Shown here in pieces: positions 45,501 through 53,352 of a stretch of DNA of 64,000 nt; positions within the stretch are counted from its first letter, which is position 1; every line of letters starts with the position of its first letter. The stretch is taken from assembly GCA_016190895.1 (NCBI GenBank), contig JACPPR010000008.1:3335-67334 (forward strand), written 5' to 3'. Origin of the DNA: Chloroflexota bacterium. GTDB taxonomy: Bacteria > Chloroflexota > Dehalococcoidia > Dehalococcoidales > UBA2162. Under the pieces are notes generated by a model, which was given only the letters and a program-made list of their open reading frames with translations, searched no databases and had not been told where the DNA came from. Made by a program: the position numbers and the translations under genes.

Positions 45501-45583
45501 AAGATACCGTGCTCCTTCCACAGACCGAGTATCTTCTCTTCGAGCTTTGGAAAATCCACCTTGCTGCTTACAGGTTGAAACAT
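42539..45583 (-). CDS. ileS: Isoleucine--tRNA ligase (type 2)
   Basis: 1014 aa. HIGH-region PFANGNPGIHHVL, KMSKS, CP1 editing domain and C-terminal zinc-binding cysteines. Confidence 0.95.
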   Translation of the reverse strand: MFQPVSSKVDFPKLEEKILGLWKEHGIFEKSVTSREGKPRFVFYEGPPFANGNPGIHHVLARAYKDVIVRYKVMKGFYVPRVAGWDTHGLPVELEVEKALGFSGKDQIEEYGVEQFNQRARESVFKYLKEWNILTERIAYWVDLEHAYKTMDNTYVESVWWALKQMWDKGLVYQGYKVTPHCPRCGTSLSSHEVALGYQDDTEDPSVYIKFIIAGKSVGSFKLDKPAYLLAWTTTPWTLPGNTALAVAAEAEYAVVEVDGEYIVLADARRNAIGLGESAVLARIRGKELVGVEYEPLFNPHDYGIERRRFENRTELAAQKPDKNLKYHVITTDFVSMEDGTGIVHVAPAYGEVDFQAGQDFKLDLVHNVDLQGKITGNFSFSGKFVKAADPLITKNLKDRNLLYRSETIKHTYPFCWRCDAPLLYYAKQTWYIRTTAVKDRLISGNAEINWYPQHIKYGRFGNWLENNVDWAFARERYWGSPLPIWCCEKCGSFECIGSVAELEAKPGFTGLREPLDLHRPFVDEVSFACSKCGGKMRRQPEVIDCWFDSGSMPFAQLHYPLENKNLFDTEAKQADFICEGVDQTRGWFYSLHAVSTMLFDRPSFKNCICLELVLDAEGKKMSKSRGNVVDPMKVVQTHGADALRWYCFTSAPPGMVRRFDTRMVQDITRQFLLTLWNVYSFFVTYANIDNFVPGSAPAPSVRPELDRWILSELNQLIDDVTNGNDNYDPTGAGRKLETFVDNLSNWYVRRSRRRFWKSENDTDKLSAYNTLYECLVTLAKLMAPFTPFLAEELYQNLVRSVSADAPESVHLTDFPVAARDKIDQELTEANRTAMKVSSLGRAARSKAGIKVRQPLQVCYFDTSFRRALESEAIRQAVLDELNVKEIRFETPERLAELAEKTGCVVDDKIAPSTAIDATLTAELEAEGMAREIVHRIQGMRRSADFEIADHIITYYEGDDYVRQVMKNTALAEYISLETLSHELTEGLPADVDYKEAFKLGGHEVTLGVKRQSA

Positions 45584-45599
45584 ATTGAACCTCCATTCA

Positions 45600-45850
45600 T
45601 AGTGAGCGAAGCCGAACTATAAAAACAATAAGTCCCGTCCTACAGGGACGGGACTTAAAAAGTTCCCGCGGTACCACCCCGCTTTCCCGATTAAAATCGG
45701 GACTCTCGTCAGGGCACGATATTTATGCCCCCGTCTCCGGTAACGGTTGACGAAACCGACCAGGTCTACAGAGGTTGTCATGCTGTCCCGATTATATCGG
45801 GACGACTTGTCGGGACGAAGCATCTCAGGGAGGGGTGAGACAAATAATCT
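45600..45850 (-). ncRNA. T-box leader (tRNA-sensing riboswitch) of ileS
   Basis: The minus strand contains the conserved T-box sequence GGGGTGGTACCGCG (45680-45667). It is followed by the terminator AAGTCCCGTCC-CTGTA-GGACGGGACTT (45656-45630) and ATTGTTTTT. A candidate AUC specifier lies at 45720-45718 (tentative). Confidence 0.8.
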
Positions 45851-45856
45851 GGGATT

Positions 45857-45910
45857 CCCCACCCAGATTGCTTCGCCTTCCGCCTGCGGGCGGAATGGTC
45901 TCGCAATGAC
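45857..45910. repeat. 54-nt module CCCCACCCAGATTGCTTCGCCTTCCGCCTGCGGGCGGAATGGTCTCGCAATGAC
   Basis: Differs from 7034-7086 by 2 substitutions and 1 indel. Confidence 0.85.
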
Positions 45911-46097
45911 GACCTCTTTCGGCTGGCAGCTCAGGAGTGATTTTCAAGGGGGCTTCCACGTCTGCTCACACCAGACCCTTCGATTTCCCTCAGGGTAAAC
46001 CAGACTCGCTGGGTGTCCGCTTGCCCTCTACTCTTCTCCATCAACGCCTTTAATGAATAAAGGTTAACACAATATGGAAAATAAAGTCAAACATTTT

Positions 46098-46223
46098 GTC
46101 ATTGAGAGACCCCGATTCCATCGAGACGAAGCAATCTCGATGATGATTCATATAGATTGCCACGTCCGCCGCTGGCGGTCTCGCAATGACAAGAGGAGGA
46201 TTGCCACGCTTCGCCCGCAATAC
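46098..46223. repeat. Cluster of three ATTGC...GCAAT modules
   Basis: GTCATTGAGAG-[ACCCCGAT..ATCGAGAC]-GAAGCAATCT; AGATTGCCACG-[TCCGCCGCTGGCGG]-TCTCGCAATGAC; GGATTGCCACGCTTCGCCCGCAATAC. Confidence 0.75.
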
Positions 46224-46245
46224 TACAAAGAAGGTTTGGCTGCCT

Positions 46246-47532
46246 TTAGTTATTCCCTTCTGTCTTTGTCATAGCCGTTTCAGTAAAATGACCGTCTTCT
46301 TTCCCATTCAGCTCAACGATGTCTTCCGAGTGGACGGGCATAAACCATTTCTGGGCGATAAAGGTGGGTATCACGGCACTGGCGATGACCACGCCCACCA
46401 GCAGGGAATACTGCACCTGGTCGATAATTCCTGAAGTCAAACCGAAAACACTGGCAATGGTACCGAACGTGAGACCTGTGCTCATCAAGAGGGTTGTGTA
46501 CATAGCTCCCCGGGGAATGAATTTCTTGGAAAGGAAGAATACCCCTACGAACTTGCTGACCATCTTCAGGCCGAAAAGAATCAGGAAAAGGCCCAGCGCC
46601 GAGAGAATCAAGGGGAAAGAGACTCTCAAGCCGCCGACGATGAAGAAAGCAGGGGTGATTATGGCATAAGCGACAGTACGCAGCTTATTCCGGACCGATT
46701 TGGTCTCCGAGGTCTCTCTGAAGTGTGGTGACATCAGTAAGCCGAGTATGAATGCCGGCAGCACGGCGTGGCCGTCTCCCAGCCGGGCAAAATACATAAA
46801 CGCCAGCAGGAGGAGAAACAAATATTTAATCTCCGGCTCCACTACCTTACCCTTGAGACGCGGGTTATCGAAGACCAGGTGAGAGAATCTGGTGGCAAAA
46901 ACTATTACGACAATGGAAACCACGATGAAGACCAGGGTATAAAGCGTGGGTTTTACGAAAAGAATGCTCAATGTCAGTGCCGTGCCCATATCGGTAATGA
47001 AGGTAGAAGCCATAAGTAGCTTGCCAATCTGGGTGTTTGCCAGTCCGGTCTCTACAAGCACCGAATAGACGACAGCCAGCGAGGTGGTTGAAAGCGCCGT
47101 GCCTGCCAGCAGGGATGCTTGCAGGCTCCAGTGAGCAACAAAATAAGTGTATCCAGCTACGACCAGGAAGGGAGCCAGAAATGAAAAGAAGCCGATGAGA
47201 AAGCTCTCTTTGAACTTCTCTCTCATCAGTTTGGTATCGATCTCGGTGCCAGCCAGAAAGGTGAGAGTAATGCCGCCGAAGCCCGCCAGGTAGGTCATCC
47301 AGTCCTGTGCGTGCAGACCAAAGGAGCCCGCCGCGGCTCCCAGGACTATCTCGATAATGGCCACCGATAGCCCCAGCTTCAGCGAGACAAGGCTGGCCGC
47401 GAGGACGATGGCTCCCATAACCAGAGGAATGATACTATCGCTCATACTAACTATTGGCCTGTTACTTAGTTCTCCCGTCACGGCAGGATTCAGCGTTCGA
47501 CCGAGTTCACGCCGAAGGCTCGAGGGCAACAA
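46246..47532 (-). CDS. Cation:proton antiporter (CPA2/Kef-type Na+/H+ exchanger family)
   Basis: 428 aa, about 12 TM helices, Na_H_exchanger-type pattern, no KTN domain. Confidence 0.8.
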   Translation of the reverse strand: MLPSSLRRELGRTLNPAVTGELSNRPIVSMSDSIIPLVMGAIVLAASLVSLKLGLSVAIIEIVLGAAAGSFGLHAQDWMTYLAGFGGITLTFLAGTEIDTKLMREKFKESFLIGFFSFLAPFLVVAGYTYFVAHWSLQASLLAGTALSTTSLAVVYSVLVETGLANTQIGKLLMASTFITDMGTALTLSILFVKPTLYTLVFIVVSIVVIVFATRFSHLVFDNPRLKGKVVEPEIKYLFLLLLAFMYFARLGDGHAVLPAFILGLLMSPHFRETSETKSVRNKLRTVAYAIITPAFFIVGGLRVSFPLILSALGLFLILFGLKMVSKFVGVFFLSKKFIPRGAMYTTLLMSTGLTFGTIASVFGLTSGIIDQVQYSLLVGVVIASAVIPTFIAQKWFMPVHSEDIVELNGKEDGHFTETAMTKTEGNN

Positions 47533-47535
47533 AAA

Positions 47536-47587
47536 GCTTCTACCGACGGGATGCCAGTAGAAGCTATCAGTCCCGATTTCATCGGGG
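47536..47587. repeat. Two hairpins upstream of the antiporter gene, the second of the CCCGAT family
   Basis: AGCTTCTAC-N13-GTAGAAGCT, then TCCCGAT-TTC-ATCGGGG. Confidence 0.6.
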
Positions 47588-47697
47588 CGGTTCAGGAATT
47601 ATCGATTGTCCTGGGCGAGCTTCATCGCCAATAATTGCCTATTCTATCACCAGCAAGGTCGGTGGTCAATTTTTCCTGCTTCGGGTATATTTAAGAT

Positions 47698-48300
47698 ATG
47701 GAACTCGATAACGCAATGTATTTTCAGAGCCGTCAGGAATGGCGAGAATGGCTGGAACAGAACCAGGACAAGGCCAAAGAGGTATGGTTCATTCACTACA
47801 AAAAGGATAGCGGCAAGCCTTCGGTAAGTTATGATGATGCTGTCGAGGAGGCTTTGTGTTTCGGCTGGATCGACGGCTTGATGAAAAAAATCGACGAGGA
47901 AAGATTCGCCAACAGGTTCTCTCCCCGGAAAGCTAAGAGCCGCTGGTCGAAGACAAACAAAGAAAAGGCCGAGAAGCTGATTAATGAAAACAAGATGGCG
48001 CCGGCGGGGCTGGCGAAAATCGAAGAAGCCAGGCAAAGCGGCGCCTGGGATAATGCCTATGCTACCAGAGAGACGCTAGAGATTCCCACCGACCTGAAAG
48101 AGGCTCTATCGGGCAATAAGGAAGCCTGGAATAATTTTCAACGTTTCACTAATTATCAGCGAAACAGCTACATCCACCATGTAAACGATGCCAGAACTCC
48201 CGGAACAAGACAAAGGCGAATCGCCTGGGTAGTCGCCCGCCTCTCAAACCCTGGCGGGCAAGCCCGCATAGCGATGAGCAAGAAGCCAGGAATGATTTAG
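47698..48300 (+). CDS. YdeI/OmdA-family protein (DUF1801-related)
   Basis: 200 aa. FxSxxEWRxWLxxN...GVWL-type N-terminus, EALCFGWIDG, and the C-terminal RRIAWVV pattern. Confidence 0.75.
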   Translation: MELDNAMYFQSRQEWREWLEQNQDKAKEVWFIHYKKDSGKPSVSYDDAVEEALCFGWIDGLMKKIDEERFANRFSPRKAKSRWSKTNKEKAEKLINENKMAPAGLAKIEEARQSGAWDNAYATRETLEIPTDLKEALSGNKEAWNNFQRFTNYQRNSYIHHVNDARTPGTRQRRIAWVVARLSNPGGQARIAMSKKPGMI

Positions 48301-48334
48301 ACGTTAGTCTCGCTGCTGCTAGCTTCGAGGAATG

Positions 48335-48913
48335 TTAAGTCTCTTCCACCATTACCGCAACCCAAATCTCCAGAAACTGGTGCAGAATACGAGCGCTGGC
48401 GCCCCAGATCAGGTCGGTCTTGTAGCTGTAAGAATACGTAGTCACGGTCCGGCCACGCAGGGTCTCGGTCTCCTCGGTCATGCAGCTTTTATTGAGCAGC
48501 GCTGAAATGGGGATTTGGATTATTTGCGCAACCTCCCTCGGGTCGGGCGTAAAGCGATAGGGCCAGGAGATGGCCGCTACAAAGGGAGTAATAATATAGT
48601 TAGAACCGATGGTGGGGAAATCATCGAGTTCGCCGAGCACTTCGACATCTTTAGCCGCCAGCCCGATTTCTTCAGCGCTCTCCCTGAGAGCCGTATTCAG
48701 CAAAGTTTCGTCTTCCTCTTCATAAGCCCCACCGGGGAAAGATATCTCACCCTTGTGCAGCTTCACCCGGTGCGTCCGGGTGGTGAAGATAACATGGTAT
48801 TCCCCGTCTTTGATGAAGATGGGTATCAGGACTGCCGATGGTATCAGGCTGGTATCGAGGTTACGCAGTTTCCGATGCCGTGAGAGAGCCTGCTGCAGTT
48901 TTTCTATATTCAT
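48335..48913 (-). CDS. NUDIX hydrolase, CoA pyrophosphatase-like (NudL type)
   Basis: 192 aa. Nudix box ISFPGGAYEEEDETLLNTALRESAEEIGL and an upstream SAVLIP motif typical of the CoA-ase subgroup. Confidence 0.75.
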   Translation of the reverse strand: MNIEKLQQALSRHRKLRNLDTSLIPSAVLIPIFIKDGEYHVIFTTRTHRVKLHKGEISFPGGAYEEEDETLLNTALRESAEEIGLAAKDVEVLGELDDFPTIGSNYIITPFVAAISWPYRFTPDPREVAQIIQIPISALLNKSCMTEETETLRGRTVTTYSYSYKTDLIWGASARILHQFLEIWVAVMVEET

Positions 48914-48927
48914 CTTATCTTATCACC

Positions 48928-49076
48928 GAAATCCAAAGTTCAAAGTCCAAATGTCAAATGAAATTCAAATATCAAAATCCACACCCTGTCATTCCGTGCT
49001 TGACACGGAATCCAGGAATACCTGCCCTCCAGGCTGCTGGCATTCTGGATACCGACTTTCGTCGATATGGCGTAAC
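48928..49076. repeat. Composite: AT-rich CAAA array, then GTCATTCCGTGCTTGACACGGAATCC hairpin, then CTGGATACCGACTTTCGTCGATATGG hairpin
   Basis: Same hairpin pair order as 54391-54460. Sits between elp3 and the NUDIX gene. Confidence 0.8.
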
Positions 49077-49144
49077 CTACAAGACACTTTCTTCTCTTGG
49101 CTCTTGGGCTTGGTTTTACCTTCGCGCTTTGGCATTCGGACTTT

Positions 49145-50527
49145 CTACGTAAGTGCCTTGACCATATAGTCTGCCTGCAAGCGATAGCCGGCTTCGGAAC
49201 GGTAGTATTCGCGGGCGCCCACTCCGCTGAGCACCGACATCCGCTCTGCCTTAAATTCTTCGTTGGCAATCCGCTCGGCTTCGGTGAGCAACGCCTTGCC
49301 CAGCCCTTTGTGCTGGGCAGCTGTTTTGTTTTGCTGTCTCAAGGGCACTTCACTACCGTATATATGCAACTCCCTGATTAACGCCGTTTTGCCATTGGCC
49401 GGTTCGCCCAGCCCGGCAATTTCCCCGGATTGAATCCTCATCCGCAGCAAGCCGAAGAGCGTCTTATCGTCATCTTCAAAAGAAAGGAAGATTTCCGTGC
49501 CGTCAGAGGCCCGGTAATCCGTTCTTGCCAACCGGGGCGGGCCCGGTTTATAGCCGATTCTGACCCGGTGGCCATATTCCCGGCACCGGATACACTGGCA
49601 TTCGGCGCCGGCTGCCTTCATTCTCTCTTTCACCACATCCCGCAAGGAATCCTTCAAGCCACCGACGATGAAATCCGAGGGGATGTCACGCAGCACGCGT
49701 GAAATTCTGACATAGGGAGGCACTATTGCTTTAATATCGGCGACGAGCGCAGTCATTGTTTCGTCCGGATATGGCCGGTAGCGTCCTTCCTGAAACCACC
49801 TTTCCAGTTCGGTACCTTCGACCACCATAGTCGGGTATATTTTCAAGCCGTCCGGCCGGAAGCACTCGTCGCTAAAGAGCATACCGGATAGCGCCAGGTC
49901 TTTCTCAGGCGTCGAGCCGGGCAGCCCCGGCATCCAGTGGTAGTGCACCTTCAAGGCATGCTCCCTGAGCAGGCGGGTGGCTTGAACGACATCCTCTACG
50001 GTGTGTCCCCTTCTGACCAGCCGGTAGATTCCATCATCCAGCATTTGAACGCCAAGCTCCACCCGGGTGGCGCCGAATTCAAGCATTCTATCTATCTGCT
50101 CCTTTTTACACCAGTCGGGGCGGGTCTCGATGCAGAGACCGGTGCAGCGATGCTCGGCTTGCTCATTAAGCTGCTTCGCCTCAGCCAAATCGGCCGACTC
50201 TCGGCCGTTTAAGGCGTCGTAGCAGCCCTTGATAAATTGATACTGGTAGTCTACGGGGTAAGCCAGGAAAGTGCCCCCCATGACTATCAGTTCAATCTTG
50301 TCGGTGGGGTGCCCCATTTGGGAGAGCATCTTCAATCTCAATCTGACCTGCTGCGCCGCGTCGAATTCGCATTGTCTCGCCCGAATCACCGCCGGCGAGC
50401 GGGGGGTATAGCTGCGGGGGGTAGCCGAAAAACTGGGACAATAGACGCACTGCCCCGGGCAATCCAGCGGCCCGGTCATGACAGCTACCGGCGTCACCCC
50501 TGAGATTGTTCTTGTAATTTTTCTCAT
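49145..50527 (-). CDS. elp3: Elp3-type radical SAM / GNAT tRNA wobble-uridine modification enzyme
   Basis: 460 aa. Radical-SAM cysteines CPGQCVYC near the N-terminus and a C-terminal GNAT motif QHKGLGKALLTEAE. The length and architecture match the known bacterial Elp3 of Dehalococcoides. Confidence 0.88.
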   Translation of the reverse strand: MRKITRTISGVTPVAVMTGPLDCPGQCVYCPSFSATPRSYTPRSPAVIRARQCEFDAAQQVRLRLKMLSQMGHPTDKIELIVMGGTFLAYPVDYQYQFIKGCYDALNGRESADLAEAKQLNEQAEHRCTGLCIETRPDWCKKEQIDRMLEFGATRVELGVQMLDDGIYRLVRRGHTVEDVVQATRLLREHALKVHYHWMPGLPGSTPEKDLALSGMLFSDECFRPDGLKIYPTMVVEGTELERWFQEGRYRPYPDETMTALVADIKAIVPPYVRISRVLRDIPSDFIVGGLKDSLRDVVKERMKAAGAECQCIRCREYGHRVRIGYKPGPPRLARTDYRASDGTEIFLSFEDDDKTLFGLLRMRIQSGEIAGLGEPANGKTALIRELHIYGSEVPLRQQNKTAAQHKGLGKALLTEAERIANEEFKAERMSVLSGVGAREYYRSEAGYRLQADYMVKALT

Positions 50528-50555
50528 ACTGTGCTTTTCTGTTGTTAGGTTAACC

Positions 50556-50609
50556 TATCCCCCTGCCCCCTTCCCTTACCAAGGGGAGAGGGACAAAGGG
50601 TGAGGGGTT
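50556..50609. repeat. CCTCTCC/GGAGAGG family hairpin with GGGTGAGGGG flank in the elp3/methyltransferase divergent gap
   Basis: CCCCCTGCCCCCTTCCCTTACCAAGGGGAGAGGGACAAAGGGTGAGGGG. Confidence 0.7.
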
Positions 50610-50631
50610 TACCAACCTATTAATTAATAGA

Positions 50632-51336
50632 TTGGAGTTTAGAAGATTGCGACCTATGCCGACACTAAGAGAAGTATACGATAAGATTGCCCCCGCCCGC
50701 TACAATCTGCGCCACTGGAGCAGGTTCCGGCCTGAGCTTGAGGCGATGGCAGCGAAGTGGCAGCGGGGCCGGCTGCTTAACCTGGGTTGCGGTCACGGCG
50801 CCGATTTTCTGCCCTTCAAGGATGCCTTTGAACTTTACGGGGTAGATTTCTCTTCGACTATGCTCGAACTGTCCCGGAAATACGCCGGGAAATTTGATTT
50901 CACCGCCAATCTGGTGCAGGCCGATGTCAGCCGGCTGCCCTTCTCCAGCGAATCCTTCGATTGGGCAATCTCGATAGCGACCTATCATCATCTGGAAAGC
51001 CAGGAAGCCAGAGAAGGAGCTTTCACCGAGTTGAGGCGGGTTCTGAAGCCGGGTGGGGAGGCTCTTATCACTGTCTGGAACCGCTGGCAGCCCTGGTGGG
51101 GAGGGGGCAGGGGGATGAATACCTTCTGGTTCAGGGGCAAGGAAGGCGCCGTGCCCTGGCAAGCCGGCAATGAGACTCTTTACCGCTATTACTACTTCTT
51201 CTCGTACCCAGAGCTAGAGAAGCTGGCCCGGCAGACCGGCTTTCGGGTGCTCAAGTCTTTCCCGGAAAGGTCTTACCGCTTCCCGGTCAAGTTCTTTTCC
51301 AGGAATATCTGTTTGCTGGTGAAGAAAGCGTTCTAG
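50632..51336 (+). CDS. Class I SAM-dependent methyltransferase with Trm9-like sequence pattern
   Basis: 234 aa (TTG 50632) or 226 aa (ATG 50656). VYDKIAP..Y...W...; SAM motif LLNLGCGHG; FDWAISIATYHHL...R...ELRRVLKPGGEALITVW; VPW; YRYYYFFSYPELEKL. These parallel the yeast Trm9 blocks VYNEIAPHFS, D.GCGNG, FDFAISIAVVHH, GG.ALI..WA and RYYH.F.EGEL. Confidence 0.65.
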   Translation: MEFRRLRPMPTLREVYDKIAPARYNLRHWSRFRPELEAMAAKWQRGRLLNLGCGHGADFLPFKDAFELYGVDFSSTMLELSRKYAGKFDFTANLVQADVSRLPFSSESFDWAISIATYHHLESQEAREGAFTELRRVLKPGGEALITVWNRWQPWWGGGRGMNTFWFRGKEGAVPWQAGNETLYRYYYFFSYPELEKLARQTGFRVLKSFPERSYRFPVKFFSRNICLLVKKAF

Positions 51337-51390
51337 ATATGGTATGCTTATAGCGTAAGCTCGAAACAAAGTTTTAGGGAGGAGTGTTTA

Positions 51391-51873
51391 GTGGATAATA
51401 TCGTGGCGAATCTGCCTTTTATCTTATTAGCCATTGCTATGGTAGTTCTTCAGTATTTCTTGAGAAAACGGCGCGGGCCGGCGGGCACGCAGCAGGAAAT
51501 CGTCCAGAACCTGCTGGCCGAAGCCAGGCTCGACCTCAGGATGGCTGAAGTTTTTGATTTCAGCCCACGGGCGAAAAGGTTTATGACGACAACCTGGCAG
51601 CTTAATAAGAATAAGCTGGATTTTCTGGACAAATCGCTCCAGGACAGTGTATCAAATGCTTTTATGATGGCGGAGGATGTTAATCAGCAGATAGCTGCGG
51701 CTAAGAAGTATAAATCGACCAGTTATCTGGTCAGCGTAGATATAGACAAACTGAAAGGGCTGCTGTCTAAGAGCCAGGAAGGACTGGAGCAGTGGCTTCT
51801 CTTAAAAGTAGGGTCGAAAAACCCTGCGGTGAAAGCCCCCGGTTTGTTCGATGATTTGCTGGGTAAGCGCTAA
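51391..51873 (+). CDS. Hypothetical membrane-anchored protein
   Basis: 160 aa with a GTG start 8 nt after GGGAGGAG. One N-terminal TM helix and a helical soluble part. Confidence 0.5.
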   Translation: MDNIVANLPFILLAIAMVVLQYFLRKRRGPAGTQQEIVQNLLAEARLDLRMAEVFDFSPRAKRFMTTTWQLNKNKLDFLDKSLQDSVSNAFMMAEDVNQQIAAAKKYKSTSYLVSVDIDKLKGLLSKSQEGLEQWLLLKVGSKNPAVKAPGLFDDLLGKR

Positions 51874-51880
51874 AAGAAGC

Positions 51881-52582
51881 TTACTCCGGAAGAATCGTCT
51901 TAGCTGTGATTGCCCGGCGTTTCGAGTAGGCTTCCTTCAGTTGCTGGAAGCGAGCCTGGAATGATTCCGAGGTAATCTTATCCGTGGACATGATTAAGGC
52001 GTCCTCTCGGTTATCTGTGTAATAGCCTCGTCTCACGCCCACCTGGGTGAAACCGTATTTAGAATAGAGCATTTGGGCGCCAGTATTAGAGACGCGCACC
52101 TCCAGGGTTAGGATGCTCGCCTTTAATTTCATCGCCAGCTCTACCGCCGAAATAATTAGCATTTCTCCAATCCCCTGTCTGCGGTAGGCTTCCCGCACTG
52201 CGATACTGGTAATATGGGCCTCATCAGCCATAATCCAGCAGCCGATAAAGCCGATGATGTATTCGTCGTTCGAGGGCGGCACCTGGTCGGAGGAACGGTT
52301 GCGGTCGAAGAGCCGCTTTAATCCGGATATAAACCCTTTGGCAGGCGCGCTGTTTTCCGTGGTGGCAATTTTCTCTTCGTCACAGACTACGCAATAGTGC
52401 GCCGTCTGGTTCCGCAGTTCATTCAGGTAGTTAGGCGGCGGCCATTGCGTAGGGAAGGCTTCGCGGTCGATATCCGTAACCTGTTCGATGTCTTCCTTAC
52501 ACATCCGGCGCAAATAGTAAGCCACGTTCCAAGTCTCCTGTAATTCCTTTAAAATTATTGTAGCATATTCAAAAGTCAACAT
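51881..52582 (-). CDS. rimI: GNAT N-acetyltransferase, RimI-like (ribosomal-protein-alanine acetyltransferase)
   Basis: GNAT motif A RRQGIGEMLI. The RimI-like N-terminus appears from the alternative start at 52504 (MCKEDIEQVTDIDREAFP). There is an internal roughly 35-aa insertion. Confidence 0.7.
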   Translation of the reverse strand: MLTFEYATIILKELQETWNVAYYLRRMCKEDIEQVTDIDREAFPTQWPPPNYLNELRNQTAHYCVVCDEEKIATTENSAPAKGFISGLKRLFDRNRSSDQVPPSNDEYIIGFIGCWIMADEAHITSIAVREAYRRQGIGEMLIISAVELAMKLKASILTLEVRVSNTGAQMLYSKYGFTQVGVRRGYYTDNREDALIMSTDKITSESFQARFQQLKEAYSKRRAITAKTILPE

Positions 52583-52593
52583 AAAACACGAGG

Positions 52594-52650
52594 GCGTTTA
52601 ACAACGCTCGCAATGACGGCACTCCTGCTGTTGCCGCAGTTATTAAACAC
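52594..52650. repeat. Short element bracketed by GCGTTTAACAACG / GTTATTAAACAC, carrying a CTCGCAATGAC module
   Basis: The ends are related to those of 39502-39613. Confidence 0.6.
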
Positions 52651-52797
52651 CTTCAACACCATCTTTTGGGTAGGCTGTCGTTCGCCGCAAGCTATCTTTT
52701 AACCCCACTCATTCGTTATAATAATTGCACAGGGTAACCCCTGAACGCCGGGGCGGCCCCATTTAGAGCTTAAGCTCTGACTAGCAGGAGTTGTCGG

Positions 52798-53352
52798 GTG
52801 CAAGACGAAGAGGCACTTGTCCAGAAAGCCAAGCAACGCGACCAGAAGGCTTTCGCCCAACTATACGAAGGGTATTTCGACAAGATTTATCGTTATATTG
52901 TGATTAAGATAGGTAACCAGGCAGAGGCAGAAGATATGACTCAGCAGGTATTTCTTAATGCCCTCCAGTCTATCTCTTCTTATAAGTGGCAAGGGGTGCC
53001 ATTCTCCGCCTGGCTCTACCGTATCGCCCATAACCAGGTGGTGGACTACTTGAGGAAAAAGTCGAAGCGGCCGGCGGCCATCGAGGATGATACTGCTAAT
53101 ATCAGGGATAGCAAAAGGCATAGCGACCCTCAGGAAATGACGGAATTGAATCTCGATATCGAGCAGCTGGCGGCGGCCACTCAGAAACTTACCGAGGCTC
53201 AACGGGAGGTGATTTCCCTGCGGTTTAGCAGCGACTTATCGACTGCCGAGGTGGCTAAAATTATGGGCAGGAGCCAGGGTGCAATAAAAGCTTTGCAACA
53301 CAGCGCCATCCTGGCTTTACGCAAGGCGCTGGTGGTGGAAATTAATGAATAA
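52798..53352 (+). CDS. ECF-type RNA polymerase sigma factor (sigma-70 family, regions 2 and 4)
   Basis: 184 aa with a GTG start. Region 2 is FAQLYEGYFDKIYRYI...DMTQQVF. Region 4 is the HTH LSTAEVAKIMGRSQGAIKAL. Confidence 0.88.
   Translation: MQDEEALVQKAKQRDQKAFAQLYEGYFDKIYRYIVIKIGNQAEAEDMTQQVFLNALQSISSYKWQGVPFSAWLYRIAHNQVVDYLRKKSKRPAAIEDDTANIRDSKRHSDPQEMTELNLDIEQLAAATQKLTEAQREVISLRFSSDLSTAEVAKIMGRSQGAIKALQHSAILALRKALVVEINE

Noticed and set aside
45747-46274. ORFs 45747-45998 (+) and 46074-46274 (+)
   Set aside because: Both are assembled from T-box leader antisense and repeat modules (e.g. ...RWRSRNDKRRIATLRP), with no RBS.
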